The translations under genes were made by a program, and so were the position numbers. Of a stretch of 64,000 nt of DNA, positions 9,355 through 19,214 are shown one piece after another; position 1 is the first letter of the stretch, and each line of letters starts with the position of its first letter. This DNA comes from Dehalococcoidia bacterium (GTDB lineage Bacteria > Chloroflexota > Dehalococcoidia > Lucifugimonadales > VXLM01), in assembly GCA_963662435.1 (NCBI GenBank), contig OY759598.1, positions 3,256,507-3,320,506 on the forward strand, given 5' to 3'. The notes below the pieces were generated by a model. That model did no database searches. It was not told where the DNA came from and saw only the letters and a list, made by a program, of their open reading frames with translations.

Positions 9355-9999
9355 TTGCCCAACCAACCCGTAATCGCCATTACCGCCGGCTCTCAGGACG
9401 ATGGCCAGTCCTACTGCGACCTCATCAGCCGCTGTGGAGCCATGCCTCTCCTCATCACGCCGGACTCGATCGAGCGTCACGATCAGCTTGGTCTCGTGGG
9501 CGGCCTTCTGCTGGGAAACGCGCCCGCCGACTTCAACAACGGCGCGTCGTCTCTGGTGCTCAACGACACCATGACCCGCCTCCTCCCCACGGTGCTCGAC
9601 TTCGATCTGCCGGTCATCGCCGTCGGCGACGGGATGCACTCGCTCAACATCGCGATGGGGGGCAAGAGGCCTCGGCCCGTGACAGGCCACGAGGGAGACG
9701 AGGACAAAGCGGCGCGTCACCACATATACGTCGCGCCGGGGAGCAAGCTGGCCTCAATCGTCGGCGCCGGAGGCTTCGTACGAGTAAACAGCCTCCACCG
9801 ACTCGGAATGCGCGACGCCCAGCGCTCCCCAAAGCTCATGACAGCCGCCTACGCGGTCGAGGACGGCACCATCGAGGCAGTCGAAAGCCCCGACTACTCG
9901 CTCGTCATCGGCGTCCAGTTCCGGCCCGACCGCCCCCGCGAGGTCCCGCCAAACTTCGATAACCTCTTCCACCTGCTGGTCGAGCGCGCGGGACGGTAG
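9355..9999 (+). CDS. Peptidase C26 / class I glutamine amidotransferase-like protein, catalytic residues lost
   Basis: PVIAVGDGMH.LN...GG, VNSLH, DGTIEAVE, GVQFRPD; Cys and His of the triad replaced. Confidence 0.8.
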   Translation: MPNQPVIAITAGSQDDGQSYCDLISRCGAMPLLITPDSIERHDQLGLVGGLLLGNAPADFNNGASSLVLNDTMTRLLPTVLDFDLPVIAVGDGMHSLNIAMGGKRPRPVTGHEGDEDKAARHHIYVAPGSKLASIVGAGGFVRVNSLHRLGMRDAQRSPKLMTAAYAVEDGTIEAVESPDYSLVIGVQFRPDRPREVPPNFDNLFHLLVERAGR

Positions 10000-10027
10000 G
10001 AATTCAGGACAGTGATACACTCAGCTC

Positions 10028-10585
10028 ATGATAGCAACCCAAGAAAACTATAGATTCACCGTAGCGCAGTACCACCACATCGGTGAGATAGGCATTTTCC
10101 CGCCCGACGCCCGGACGGAATTGGTCGATGGGCTCGTACGACGAATGCCACCTATCCATCCACCTCATGCAAGCATCGTAGACCGGCTTACTGCAATGCT
10201 GGCCGCCAGGCTGGCAGGAATTGCGCATCTCCGAGTGCAGGGTCCCATCCACCTGGACGACTACAACGAGCCGCAGCCTGACCTAACGGTCATGCGTTTC
10301 CGGGGTGACTACTCCCGCCAACACCCGACGCCCGCCGACGTGCTACTGACAATCGAGGTCGCGGACACATCGTTACGTTATGACCGCGACGAGAAGATGC
10401 CCCTCTACGGGAGGGCCGGAATCCCCGAAGCATGGTTGATCGATGTCCAAGCCCAGACGATCACGGTCTTCACGGAGCCTCATGCCGGTGGATACGGCCA
10501 GGAGCGAGTCCTGTCTCCTGGACAGGAGATCTTGTCCTTAGCCGTCGAAGGCCTGCGCTTGCAGGTCGACGAGGCTCTGGGTTAG
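10028..10585 (+). CDS. Uma2/DUF820-family putative endonuclease
   Basis: ELVDG, H, EPQPD, IEVADTSL.YDR..K..LY..AGIPE.W motifs. Confidence 0.9.
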   Translation: MIATQENYRFTVAQYHHIGEIGIFPPDARTELVDGLVRRMPPIHPPHASIVDRLTAMLAARLAGIAHLRVQGPIHLDDYNEPQPDLTVMRFRGDYSRQHPTPADVLLTIEVADTSLRYDRDEKMPLYGRAGIPEAWLIDVQAQTITVFTEPHAGGYGQERVLSPGQEILSLAVEGLRLQVDEALG

Positions 10586-10686
10586 CCCTCCGCTCGCCCT
10601 TCTCCCCCTTATAGCCCCTCTCTCAGACCTGCAAACTCACTCCGTTGCGTGTAGGATGATGGTGCCATATTCGCGGAGGGCGTCCA

Positions 10687-11514
10687 ATGACTGACGACAC
10701 CTGGAACATCGTGGTAACCACCCCTGACGCCGTCGTACGCGACTATCCGAACATCCTCCAGCAGATGGCTGATCTTGAGTATTCCGCTGTGGTCATACGG
10801 GGGTTCTATTCACTCGATCACTGCGAAGAGGTTGTCCGTCGAATCGAGGCCGACACCACCGGCCTGGTCGACGTGAAGCAGTACTTCACGACCGGCGGCG
10901 ACAAGCTGGAACTGCGCTATATCGGGCCGGGACTTGGGCGGTACGTCAACGATCGGGACGAGTTCTTCCGCGAGTCGCGTCTCTCGGATGAGAAGTTCGA
11001 GCGACTCTACGATGGGCTTCCCGATGCCAGGGTCATGGTGCGAGAGATGATCGGAAAGCTCTTGCCCGACCGCGAGGTCATCGTCCCCGAGGAGGATGGA
11101 GAATTGTACTCCGACGCCGTCATACGCATCGCCGTCGAGGGCGACTCCGCGGCTCTGCACCGCGACAGCGCTATGGAGTACTTCAAGGGTTGGATGGTCT
11201 CCCAGTTCCCCACCCAGTTTTCGGCCCTCGTATGCCTGCAGATGGCCGAGTCCGGCGGTGAGCTTCACGTCTTCAGGCGTCGCTGGTCGCCGGAAGACGA
11301 CGAACGCAGGGTTGAAGGTGCGACGGGCTATCCGCCGGAAGTCGTCGAGGGAGCGCCGCGCTCCACCATCATCCCCCAGGAGGGCGATCTGTATATCTTC
11401 CACCCGGAGATATTCCACGACATCGCCCCCATGTACGGCCCTCGCAACCGCATCACGCAGGGCATCTTCTTCGCCATGTCCGATACCGACAAACGCGTGG
11501 TCACATGGGGATGA
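10687..11514 (+). CDS. Fe(II)/2OG-dependent oxygenase
   Basis: LHRD (HxD), GGEL, GDLYIF...FH, RIT motifs; GGAGG RBS. Confidence 0.75.
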   Translation: MTDDTWNIVVTTPDAVVRDYPNILQQMADLEYSAVVIRGFYSLDHCEEVVRRIEADTTGLVDVKQYFTTGGDKLELRYIGPGLGRYVNDRDEFFRESRLSDEKFERLYDGLPDARVMVREMIGKLLPDREVIVPEEDGELYSDAVIRIAVEGDSAALHRDSAMEYFKGWMVSQFPTQFSALVCLQMAESGGELHVFRRRWSPEDDERRVEGATGYPPEVVEGAPRSTIIPQEGDLYIFHPEIFHDIAPMYGPRNRITQGIFFAMSDTDKRVVTWG

Positions 11515-11584
11515 AAGCCCCCTCAATGCCTAGCGAAGGCCGTTCTGCCACGCGACGTTTGCAGTCATCCATAGGAGGCCGCCA

Positions 11585-12730
11585 ATGAGATGGGACCTGC
11601 TCATTCGACACGGCACGGTGGTTGATCCAAGCCAGGGTCTGCACGGCATCACCGACGTGGCGATATCAGGCGACAAGATCTCGGCCGTGGGCGTGGGACT
11701 GAACGAGGCGAACGCCGATAAGGTGATCGACGCCACCGGCAAACACGTGACTCCGGGGTTCATCGATCTGCACACCCACAACTTCGTCTCCAGCCCAAAG
11801 CTGCCGAGCCTTGATGTAGACACGACGAGCCTCGCCAATGGGTGCACGACCGTACTCGACGCGGGGACGGCAACGCCGAGCGAGTTTCCCCACTACTGGG
11901 AGACGGACATCGCAGAAGCCAGGACGCGAATATACGCCCTCATTCGGATGCCCATGCCCTATGGCCCCGACCCATCGACAGTGGAACAGGCGGCTGCCGT
12001 CATCAAACAGTACGACGACGTGCTGATTGGCATGAAATACCACCACTCGCAGCACTACGTCACTCTGCCCTTGGCCCGCGAGGCGGCTGACTTTGCAGGC
12101 GGCATCCTCATGGCCGAAGCCTACGGCGCGCCCATCCGGCAGCTTCTCGACTACATGAACCCCGGCGACATCGTCACTCACACCTTCCACGCATCCTTCC
12201 GCTATCCCCTGTGGGACCACCGGGGCGAGGTCTGGCCCGCCGTTTGGGATGCCGTAGAAAGAGGCGTCTACCTCGACATCGGACACGGCGCCCGCGGGTT
12301 CGCCTTTCGCTCGATGGAGTACGCACTGGAGAAGGGCCTCAGGCCAACAACGATTAGCACTGACGTGCACCGCATGAACGTGGACGGCCCAACGTACGAC
12401 ATGCCGACGACTATGTCGAAAATGCTGGCTCTCGGCCTTTCGCTCGATGAGGTGATCGCCATGTCCACGTCGGTCCCCGCCAAAGCGCTGCGGCAAGAGG
12501 GCGCCATCGGCACGCTAAAGCCTGGTGCGATGGCGGACGTGACGATCAGCGAGCTAGCCGAAGGCCGGTTCGAGTATTTCGACGTGCTGCACGAGAAACG
12601 CATCGGCACGCAGCGCATCCTGCCTGAAACGGTCATCTACGGTGGCGTAATCTACGACGGCCCGAGATACGAGCCTGGCCAAATGACCCACGCAACGGAC
12701 GCCCCGCCCGGCTTCATCGAGGGAACGTAG
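11585..12730 (+). CDS. Metal-dependent amidohydrolase (dihydroorotase/deacetylase-like)
   Basis: PGFIDLHTH, LDAG, THTFH, DIGHG, ISTDVH, GTLKPG..AD motifs. Confidence 0.85.
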   Translation: MRWDLLIRHGTVVDPSQGLHGITDVAISGDKISAVGVGLNEANADKVIDATGKHVTPGFIDLHTHNFVSSPKLPSLDVDTTSLANGCTTVLDAGTATPSEFPHYWETDIAEARTRIYALIRMPMPYGPDPSTVEQAAAVIKQYDDVLIGMKYHHSQHYVTLPLAREAADFAGGILMAEAYGAPIRQLLDYMNPGDIVTHTFHASFRYPLWDHRGEVWPAVWDAVERGVYLDIGHGARGFAFRSMEYALEKGLRPTTISTDVHRMNVDGPTYDMPTTMSKMLALGLSLDEVIAMSTSVPAKALRQEGAIGTLKPGAMADVTISELAEGRFEYFDVLHEKRIGTQRILPETVIYGGVIYDGPRYEPGQMTHATDAPPGFIEGT

Positions 12731-12763
12731 AAGTCGATTCTTCAGACTGCTGACTTCATGCAC

Positions 12764-12800
12764 AAAGAAAGGGCCGGTCGCCACGCGACCGGCCCTTCTT
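12764..12800. terminator. Bidirectional intrinsic terminator
   Basis: 13-bp stem AAGGGCCGGTCGC-cac-GCGACCGGCCCTT with A/T-rich flanks, between convergent genes. Confidence 0.75.
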
Positions 12801-12844
12801 ACTACTCCAAGACCCTATCTTCTAGGGCTTGCTGCCTGCTGATA

Positions 12845-15697
12845 CTAGTTCCAGTACGCGGGATCGAGGAAGTTCACAGTCGTGTACCTCTTCGACCTGT
12901 TGCCCGGGTTGTTGATGTTGTCTACGCCATCCTCGAAGTAGAACCACTCGACCGGGTGACCGCCTGCGGGCGACCAGTTCTTCGGGACGTTGCGCATGTT
13001 GTTGCGCTTGATCTTGAGCGCCCGGAAGAGGCCTGCGAAGGCGACGCCGCCGACCTTGTACTTCTGCTCTGAGTTTATCCGGAAGAGCTCCTGCCCCGCC
13101 GCCACACGCTTCGGCGACAGCAGCGAGACCGTCCATCCGTCGGTGATCAGCTCCTGAAGCCTGACCATGTGACCGCTGATGTCAGCGGGGTACGTGCCGT
13201 CGGGGGCCATGTTGCCATACACGTCGGTGTACTTCGCGTCGGGGCCCGTTGGGGGCATTCCCTCTTCACCGCGGGTCGCGTAGTACTGGCCGATTGCGGG
13301 ACCCTGCGGGTCCTTCGTCGTCGGCGCCACGCGGTTCCACGCGTTGGACCACGGGTTCGTTCCACCCTCGGTGGAGGAGAAGAACTCGAAGTACTCGGTC
13401 GGTGGAATGCTCGTGTTGCCGGCGCGAGAAGAACTCTCGGCAATGTCCAGCTTGATGCCCAACGTCTTGAAGTCGCTCTGCAGCCACTCCACGAACGGGT
13501 AGTGCGAGCTCGACTGGAAGAACATGGTCAGGGCGCCGCCGCCGTCCTTCCTGTCGAGGTAGCCGTCGCCGTCACCGTCCGTGTAGCCCATCTTTGCCAA
13601 GAGGGACTTGGCCCGGTTCAGGTCATAATCTGTGTCCAGGGTCCTCCAGTGCTCACCCGGGAAATACGGAGTCGAGGGGTGCGGCACCATGTTCTGAGGG
13701 GTGCCGAGGCCGGAGGCCAGGGACTGATTCGCGCCGTTCCTGTCCCATGCCACTGAGAGTGCAATACGGAAGTCACGGGTTCGGAGCAGCTGTCCGATCT
13801 CGGGGTCATCCACGTATTCCTGGTTGTTGATGAACGTGGAGTCTGCACCGTCAGGCGAGTCGTGCTTGAGCACGCTGTAGTCGCCCTGGACGGAATTCTG
13901 TAGATACAGAGGCATTTCTCTGGTCTGCAGGTCCCAGCGAGACCAGTCGCTCTCACCGTTCATCGTGCGGAAGATTCCGACGTCGCGGCTCTCGGTGCGA
14001 ATGCCAATCCACTCATCCATGTACGGGAGCTGGTTGCCCTCAGGGTCGATGGACGGGTGGTAGTGGTTGCGCTCAAACTCGGTGGATTCGGCGCCCGACT
14101 TCTGGTTTCGAGCCCAGAAACCGCCGAGAACAGGGTTGTAGTGGTTGTCTCCCCTGTAGATGTAGTTGATGTCGTAGTCGGTCGGGACCGGCTCGGACGG
14201 AGGCCCGTCGAACCCCCGGACGTTGCGGATGAGCGAGAAGTTCTTCACCCAGTTGGGCTGGTTGTTCGCCTCAAGTATCGCTGGAATCTCCGCATTGTTG
14301 TACTTGATGTGGTACCGCTTCTGGACATGCGATGGCGAGATGAAGCACCTCGGGCATCCCTTGATGCCGGAGAAGATGTTCATCGCCGTCGACTCCATGA
14401 AGCTGAAGTTCGGGTCGTCGAAGAAGACCTTGAAGGTCGAATCGTCGATGAACTGAACCCGCATGTCGTTACCGGTGATGGGAGACCTCAGCACTGCGGG
14501 AAGTCCCGGCATCAGCTCTTTGTTGAGCATCAGGTCTTCGAGTGCGAAGCGAATGTCCTCCATCGTGTGCGGGAAACCGTCCGACCATCGGGAGCCGTTA
14601 CGCATCTTGAACGTGAACTCGTCTCCGGTATCGTTCGATTCGAACACCCGGAATACGCTGGGCACTAGCAGCAGCCCGTCGGGGGACATTTCAAGGCCGT
14701 AACCCATGCCCATGTCTGTCTGCGTGATGTTGCCGGCTCGCGTAGTCCTCAGGGTGCCGCCATAGACACCGATCTCGTCGCCTGGCGGAAGAATGAATAC
14801 GTTCTCCCAGTCGGGAAGCCGTTCATCAACCGGCAGAATCGTCCCCGCCGCTACTGCTGCCGCGGACATAGGTGATTCATTGTACGGCACCTGCGGGTAG
14901 TTCTCGTTGGACGTACCGGAGATGATGTGGAAGGCCCTGCCGAACGACCCGGCATTAATCCTCTCGGGCATATAGCCCATATCCTCTTCCATTATCATGG
15001 CTTCCTGGGCGGCCTTGGCCTCTTTGGCGAGGTCCGCAGCTTCCATGGCCGCCATACCAGCATCCTGGGCCGCCTTCCCGGCGTCCATCGCCGCCATTGC
15101 GGCTTGGTCAATCGCCTCGTTGGTGGCCTCGAGGGACGCTGAAACAATCGCCTGCACCTGGTCTGCGGTAAGCGCGTCCGCTGCCGCGTCCTGGATGGAC
15201 TTCGTGACTAGTGCTTCCAGGTCGCCGCGAGTGACTGCGCCGGCCTGGGCGGCGCTCACCGCAGCCTGGACCATTCGATTGATCTCGGAGACATCAATGC
15301 CCTCAGGCGCTGATGCGGCAACTGCGGACTGAACCAGGGAGCTCAGTTGCCCGGCGTCGATCTCAGGGGCGGGAAGGCCGCTGATCGACTGATCGACAAT
15401 CCGCTCTACGTCGGCAGCGGAGAGACCGCCGGCCGTGGCGTTGTTGACGATAGTCTCAACGTCCGCGCGAGTCAGGCCCTCCTGTCCGGCCAGCGCAGCA
15501 ACAACTGCTGCTTCGATGTCGCTTGATGCACTAGCCCCTTGTGCATTCACGGCGTCCTGAATGATTCTGGCCACGTCCGGCGTTGGGGCGGCAGGTGCAG
15601 TGTCCCCTTCACTGCTGCCGCATGCTGCCGCGAGCGCCAACACCAAGACTGACGCAAGAAACGCCGGCAACCCTATCTTTAGTGATCTAGTACCCAT
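12845..15697 (-). CDS. ABC transporter family-5 (peptide/nickel) substrate-binding lipoprotein with long Ala-rich N-terminal extension
   Basis: Lipobox AAAC; LPVDERLP, GVYGGTLR, RWSDG.P.T..D..F, D..GNQLPY.D; RBS GAGGAGG before ATG 15697. Confidence 0.88.
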   Translation of the reverse strand: MGTRSLKIGLPAFLASVLVLALAAACGSSEGDTAPAAPTPDVARIIQDAVNAQGASASSDIEAAVVAALAGQEGLTRADVETIVNNATAGGLSAADVERIVDQSISGLPAPEIDAGQLSSLVQSAVAASAPEGIDVSEINRMVQAAVSAAQAGAVTRGDLEALVTKSIQDAAADALTADQVQAIVSASLEATNEAIDQAAMAAMDAGKAAQDAGMAAMEAADLAKEAKAAQEAMIMEEDMGYMPERINAGSFGRAFHIISGTSNENYPQVPYNESPMSAAAVAAGTILPVDERLPDWENVFILPPGDEIGVYGGTLRTTRAGNITQTDMGMGYGLEMSPDGLLLVPSVFRVFESNDTGDEFTFKMRNGSRWSDGFPHTMEDIRFALEDLMLNKELMPGLPAVLRSPITGNDMRVQFIDDSTFKVFFDDPNFSFMESTAMNIFSGIKGCPRCFISPSHVQKRYHIKYNNAEIPAILEANNQPNWVKNFSLIRNVRGFDGPPSEPVPTDYDINYIYRGDNHYNPVLGGFWARNQKSGAESTEFERNHYHPSIDPEGNQLPYMDEWIGIRTESRDVGIFRTMNGESDWSRWDLQTREMPLYLQNSVQGDYSVLKHDSPDGADSTFINNQEYVDDPEIGQLLRTRDFRIALSVAWDRNGANQSLASGLGTPQNMVPHPSTPYFPGEHWRTLDTDYDLNRAKSLLAKMGYTDGDGDGYLDRKDGGGALTMFFQSSSHYPFVEWLQSDFKTLGIKLDIAESSSRAGNTSIPPTEYFEFFSSTEGGTNPWSNAWNRVAPTTKDPQGPAIGQYYATRGEEGMPPTGPDAKYTDVYGNMAPDGTYPADISGHMVRLQELITDGWTVSLLSPKRVAAGQELFRINSEQKYKVGGVAFAGLFRALKIKRNNMRNVPKNWSPAGGHPVEWFYFEDGVDNINNPGNRSKRYTTVNFLDPAYWN

Positions 15698-15922
15698 AAT
15701 GAATCCTCCTCTCAAATGCACTTTTTATTCCGTTCCTAACTGACTTTCGTTCAACGATAAGCTGGATCCGCACTGTGCTCCCTTCGAAATCGTCAGAATC
15801 GCCCTCCCCATCCAACGAGTGCACCGCACTTAAGCATATCTTCCCGTTGAATGTCAAGCGCTCTGAACTCAGTTAGCTACAAAAGCGTCTGCGGAAGGGT
15901 ACCGGACGAGGGTCGCCCACCC

Positions 15923-18900
15923 TCACTTGACCGCAACTACGCCCAGTGCCGCCTCCAGCCCGTTGATGCGATGCGACGTGGCATGGGCCTCGTCCGGCGG
16001 GGCGCTCCTGATCAGGTCGTCCGAGAGCGTCTCCTGGCGGATGTACCCGCCATGAGCGGCGATGACGTCGTCGATGCCGGAGTCGCCCAAGTAGTAAGTC
16101 GTTATCCGGTCTGCTATATCAAAGCCCGCTTCACGACGCATATTCTGGACTTGGTGAACAAGCTCGCGTGCCCGTCCTTCTAGTTCAAGCTCTGGAGTGA
16201 TCTCGGTCGAGACGGCGGCGGAATATCCCTGTTCGGCGATGACCGAGAACCCTTCCTTATCCGTGGCAGAGACGACGATCTCGTCAGGCTCCAGCGTGTA
16301 GTCGCCAAGCTCGACCTGTTGATTCGCCGACACTTTACGAAAAACCTCGGCGGGCTCGGCCTTGGAAATCGCGCCTACAACACGTCCCACCTCGCTCCCA
16401 TACTTGGGCCCGAGAAGCTGGAAATTCGGTTTGATCTCAAGATTGGCGACCGTAGAGACGTCCTGAAGCACGCTGACTTCCTTCGCATTCAGCTCATCCT
16501 TAATCTGTGGCGTGACTTGCTCGAGAAGGCCAACCTCCTCGTCGGACCTCAGCTTGTACGCGACGCCTGTCACCGGTTGCCGGACCTTGATCCCAGCCTT
16601 GCTGCGTGCCGCACGCCCGAGACTGGAAAGTCTCATGGCAAGCCTCGTCGCGTCGTCGAGACGAGAGTCAATCAGTGATTCGTCAGAGACGGGCCAGTCC
16701 TCGAGGTGGACGCTTTCTCGCCCGCTGTCTCTACCAATATTCTGGTAGATCTCCTCTGTCACGAACGGCACGAACGGCGCCATGAGCTTCACAAGGGTGG
16801 TCAGGCACTCGTGAAGCGTTGCAAAGGCAGCCACCTTGTCGGTGTCCACTTCGGACTTCCAGAAGCGCCGTCTACTTCGCCTAACGTACCAGTTGGACAG
16901 CCTCTCGACGAACTCGTCCATCTCTCGAACGGCCGCCTGCGGATCGTACCGGTCGAGCGCAGCGGTCGTCGTCCGTATGAGTTCATTGAGTTCCGAGATG
17001 ATCCACCTGTCGAGTTCCGGGCGGTCTGTCACCGGAGGCGCGGGTGTGCCGGGTGTGAAGCCGTCAATGTTGGCGTAGGTAGTGAAGAACGAATAGACGT
17101 TCCACAATGGGATGAGAAGCCTGCGGCGTGTCTCATCGGCCCGGCCGAACCCAAACAGCAGGTTGGATGCCGGGTTCGTAGCGCTGTACATCCAGCGCAT
17201 GGCGTCGACGCCCATCTTGTCCGCGCCCTCCTCGAACTCGATGGCGTTGCCCTTGCTCTTGTGCATCTCCTCGCCCTTCTCGTCCATGAGCGTGGCGTAG
17301 GTGAAGTTGGCACGGAACGGCTCCGTGTTCTCAAGGGCCGTGCTCATGGTCAGAAGCGAGTAGAACCAGTTGCGGAACTGTCCCGGGAAGCTTTCCGAGA
17401 TAAGGTCGGCAGGGAACCACTTCTTCCAGTAGTCCTTGTCGTTTCGATAGCCCAGGGTGGAGAAAGTGACGATACCGGCGTCGAGCCAGGGATTACCCAC
17501 GTCCTTGATCCGCGAGACCTTGGACCCACATCCCTCGCACGCTATCTTGACTTCATCGATCCATGGGCGATGCGGCGAGTGCCCTTCAAACTGGTCCCAG
17601 CCTTCGACCGCCCGCTCTTTCAACTCCACCTCGCTGCCGATGACCTCGAAGTGTCCGCAGTCCCGGCACTTATAGATTGGTAGCGCGAGGCCGTAGTAGC
17701 GCTTCTTGGATATCATCCAATCGTCCATGTTCCGCAGCCAGTCGAGCTCGCGGCCCATCCCGAAATCCGGTATCCACGTGATCTTCTTCGTCACCTCGGC
17801 TATGTCATGCCGAAGTTCGTCCATCGAGATGAACCACTCGTCCACCAATCGAAAAACGAGCTCCGTGTCACAGCGCCAACAGACGGGATATCGATGGGTA
17901 ATCTGGTCAAGCCGGTAGAGTGTCCCTTTCTCACGAAGACTGCGGTAGATCGGCTTTGCCACCTCGAACACGCTCAGGCCGGTCAGGTCGCCGAACCCCT
18001 CGATGAACTGACCGAATTCGTCAAGCGGCGCGATAGCCGGGAGGTCATTCTCCTTGCTGAGGGCATAGTCTTCCTCGCCCGCCCCGGGCGCGCTGTGTAC
18101 AAGGCCCGTACCGTCGCTCTCGCTCACCTCGTCCCACAAAATGACCCGGTGTTCAACGCCTTCCTGGGCCGGAAGCTCGTCGAACGGTCCGTGATATCGG
18201 AGGCCCTCTAACTCCCTTCCCTTGATCTCCTCGATGACTTCGTAGTCGGCCTTCAACACCTCCAGGCGGCTCTTGACCAGATAGAGCGTCTCGTCGTCGC
18301 CGTTCGGGCCAGTGCCTTTTGCCAAAACTTTCACATAGTTCAGGTCTGGATGGGCCGCCACAGCTACATTCGAGGTGAGTGTCCACGGCGTCGTCGTCCA
18401 GATGAGGAGAGATTCGCCGGGCCGGTCGATAAGCGGGAAGCGGACGTAGAGGCTCGGGTGCGTGATGTCCTTGTAGCCCTCTGTGACGATCTCGTGGTGA
18501 GAGATGCCGGTGCCGCACCGCGGGCACCACGGCATTACGTCGCGCCCCTCGTAGATGTAACCCTTCTCGTGGCAGACCTTGAGAAAGTGCCAGATGGTGT
18601 AGTTGTTCTCGTCCGACATCGTGTGGTACGAATTGTCCCAATCCATCCAATAGCCCAGTCTGATCGATTGGTGGGTCTGGACGTCGGCAAATCGTCGGAC
18701 TCGCTCCTTGCACAGTTCAACGAACTTATCTACGCCGTAGTCCTCGATGTCGGTCTTGGACTTCATTCCGAGGTCTTTTTCGACGTTTACCTCGATCCAC
18801 AGACCCTGGCCGTCAAAGCCGTTCTGGTAGCGCTGCTCGAAGCCCTGCATGGTCTTGTAGCGCTGGAACAGGTCCTTGTAGGTGCGGCCCCAGGCGTGGT

Positions 18901-19072
18901 GAACCCCCATGGGGTTGTTCGCAGTAATGGGCCCGTCCACGAAGGAGAAACGCTTACCCGAGCCGTTGTTGCGAATGAGGTACTTCTCGACTATGCCCTG
19001 CTCGTCCCACCACGCGAGCAAGTCCTTCTCCATCTTGACAAAGTCGATTTTCGACGGCACCGGCGTGAACAC
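15923..19072 (-). CDS. ileS: Isoleucine--tRNA ligase, type 2
   Basis: DGPITAN, WTTTPWTL, GTGLVH.AP..G..D, DWMISK.RY.G, SNWYVRRSRRRFW, C-terminal EG.ARELV..Q.MR. Confidence 0.97.
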   Translation of the reverse strand: MFTPVPSKIDFVKMEKDLLAWWDEQGIVEKYLIRNNGSGKRFSFVDGPITANNPMGVHHAWGRTYKDLFQRYKTMQGFEQRYQNGFDGQGLWIEVNVEKDLGMKSKTDIEDYGVDKFVELCKERVRRFADVQTHQSIRLGYWMDWDNSYHTMSDENNYTIWHFLKVCHEKGYIYEGRDVMPWCPRCGTGISHHEIVTEGYKDITHPSLYVRFPLIDRPGESLLIWTTTPWTLTSNVAVAAHPDLNYVKVLAKGTGPNGDDETLYLVKSRLEVLKADYEVIEEIKGRELEGLRYHGPFDELPAQEGVEHRVILWDEVSESDGTGLVHSAPGAGEEDYALSKENDLPAIAPLDEFGQFIEGFGDLTGLSVFEVAKPIYRSLREKGTLYRLDQITHRYPVCWRCDTELVFRLVDEWFISMDELRHDIAEVTKKITWIPDFGMGRELDWLRNMDDWMISKKRYYGLALPIYKCRDCGHFEVIGSEVELKERAVEGWDQFEGHSPHRPWIDEVKIACEGCGSKVSRIKDVGNPWLDAGIVTFSTLGYRNDKDYWKKWFPADLISESFPGQFRNWFYSLLTMSTALENTEPFRANFTYATLMDEKGEEMHKSKGNAIEFEEGADKMGVDAMRWMYSATNPASNLLFGFGRADETRRRLLIPLWNVYSFFTTYANIDGFTPGTPAPPVTDRPELDRWIISELNELIRTTTAALDRYDPQAAVREMDEFVERLSNWYVRRSRRRFWKSEVDTDKVAAFATLHECLTTLVKLMAPFVPFVTEEIYQNIGRDSGRESVHLEDWPVSDESLIDSRLDDATRLAMRLSSLGRAARSKAGIKVRQPVTGVAYKLRSDEEVGLLEQVTPQIKDELNAKEVSVLQDVSTVANLEIKPNFQLLGPKYGSEVGRVVGAISKAEPAEVFRKVSANQQVELGDYTLEPDEIVVSATDKEGFSVIAEQGYSAAVSTEITPELELEGRARELVHQVQNMRREAGFDIADRITTYYLGDSGIDDVIAAHGGYIRQETLSDDLIRSAPPDEAHATSHRINGLEAALGVVAVK

Positions 19073-19214
19073 TTCACGATCCTCCTGAGCTAATTCGCGT
19101 CACTGGGCCGAAGGGCGTTAACGGCCCGTATGGCTATCCATTCTCGTTCGGACAAAGGACGGAAATCTACCATTACAAGGACAATGATGTCAGTAATGGA
19201 GCAGTTTAAGAGCC

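Noticed and set aside
10687..11514. Fe/2OG halogenase
   Set aside because: The HxD carboxylate is retained (HRD); halogenases have HxA/G
19073..19214. T-box riboswitch upstream of ileS
   Set aside because: Leader is short and no T-box consensus or terminator is visible
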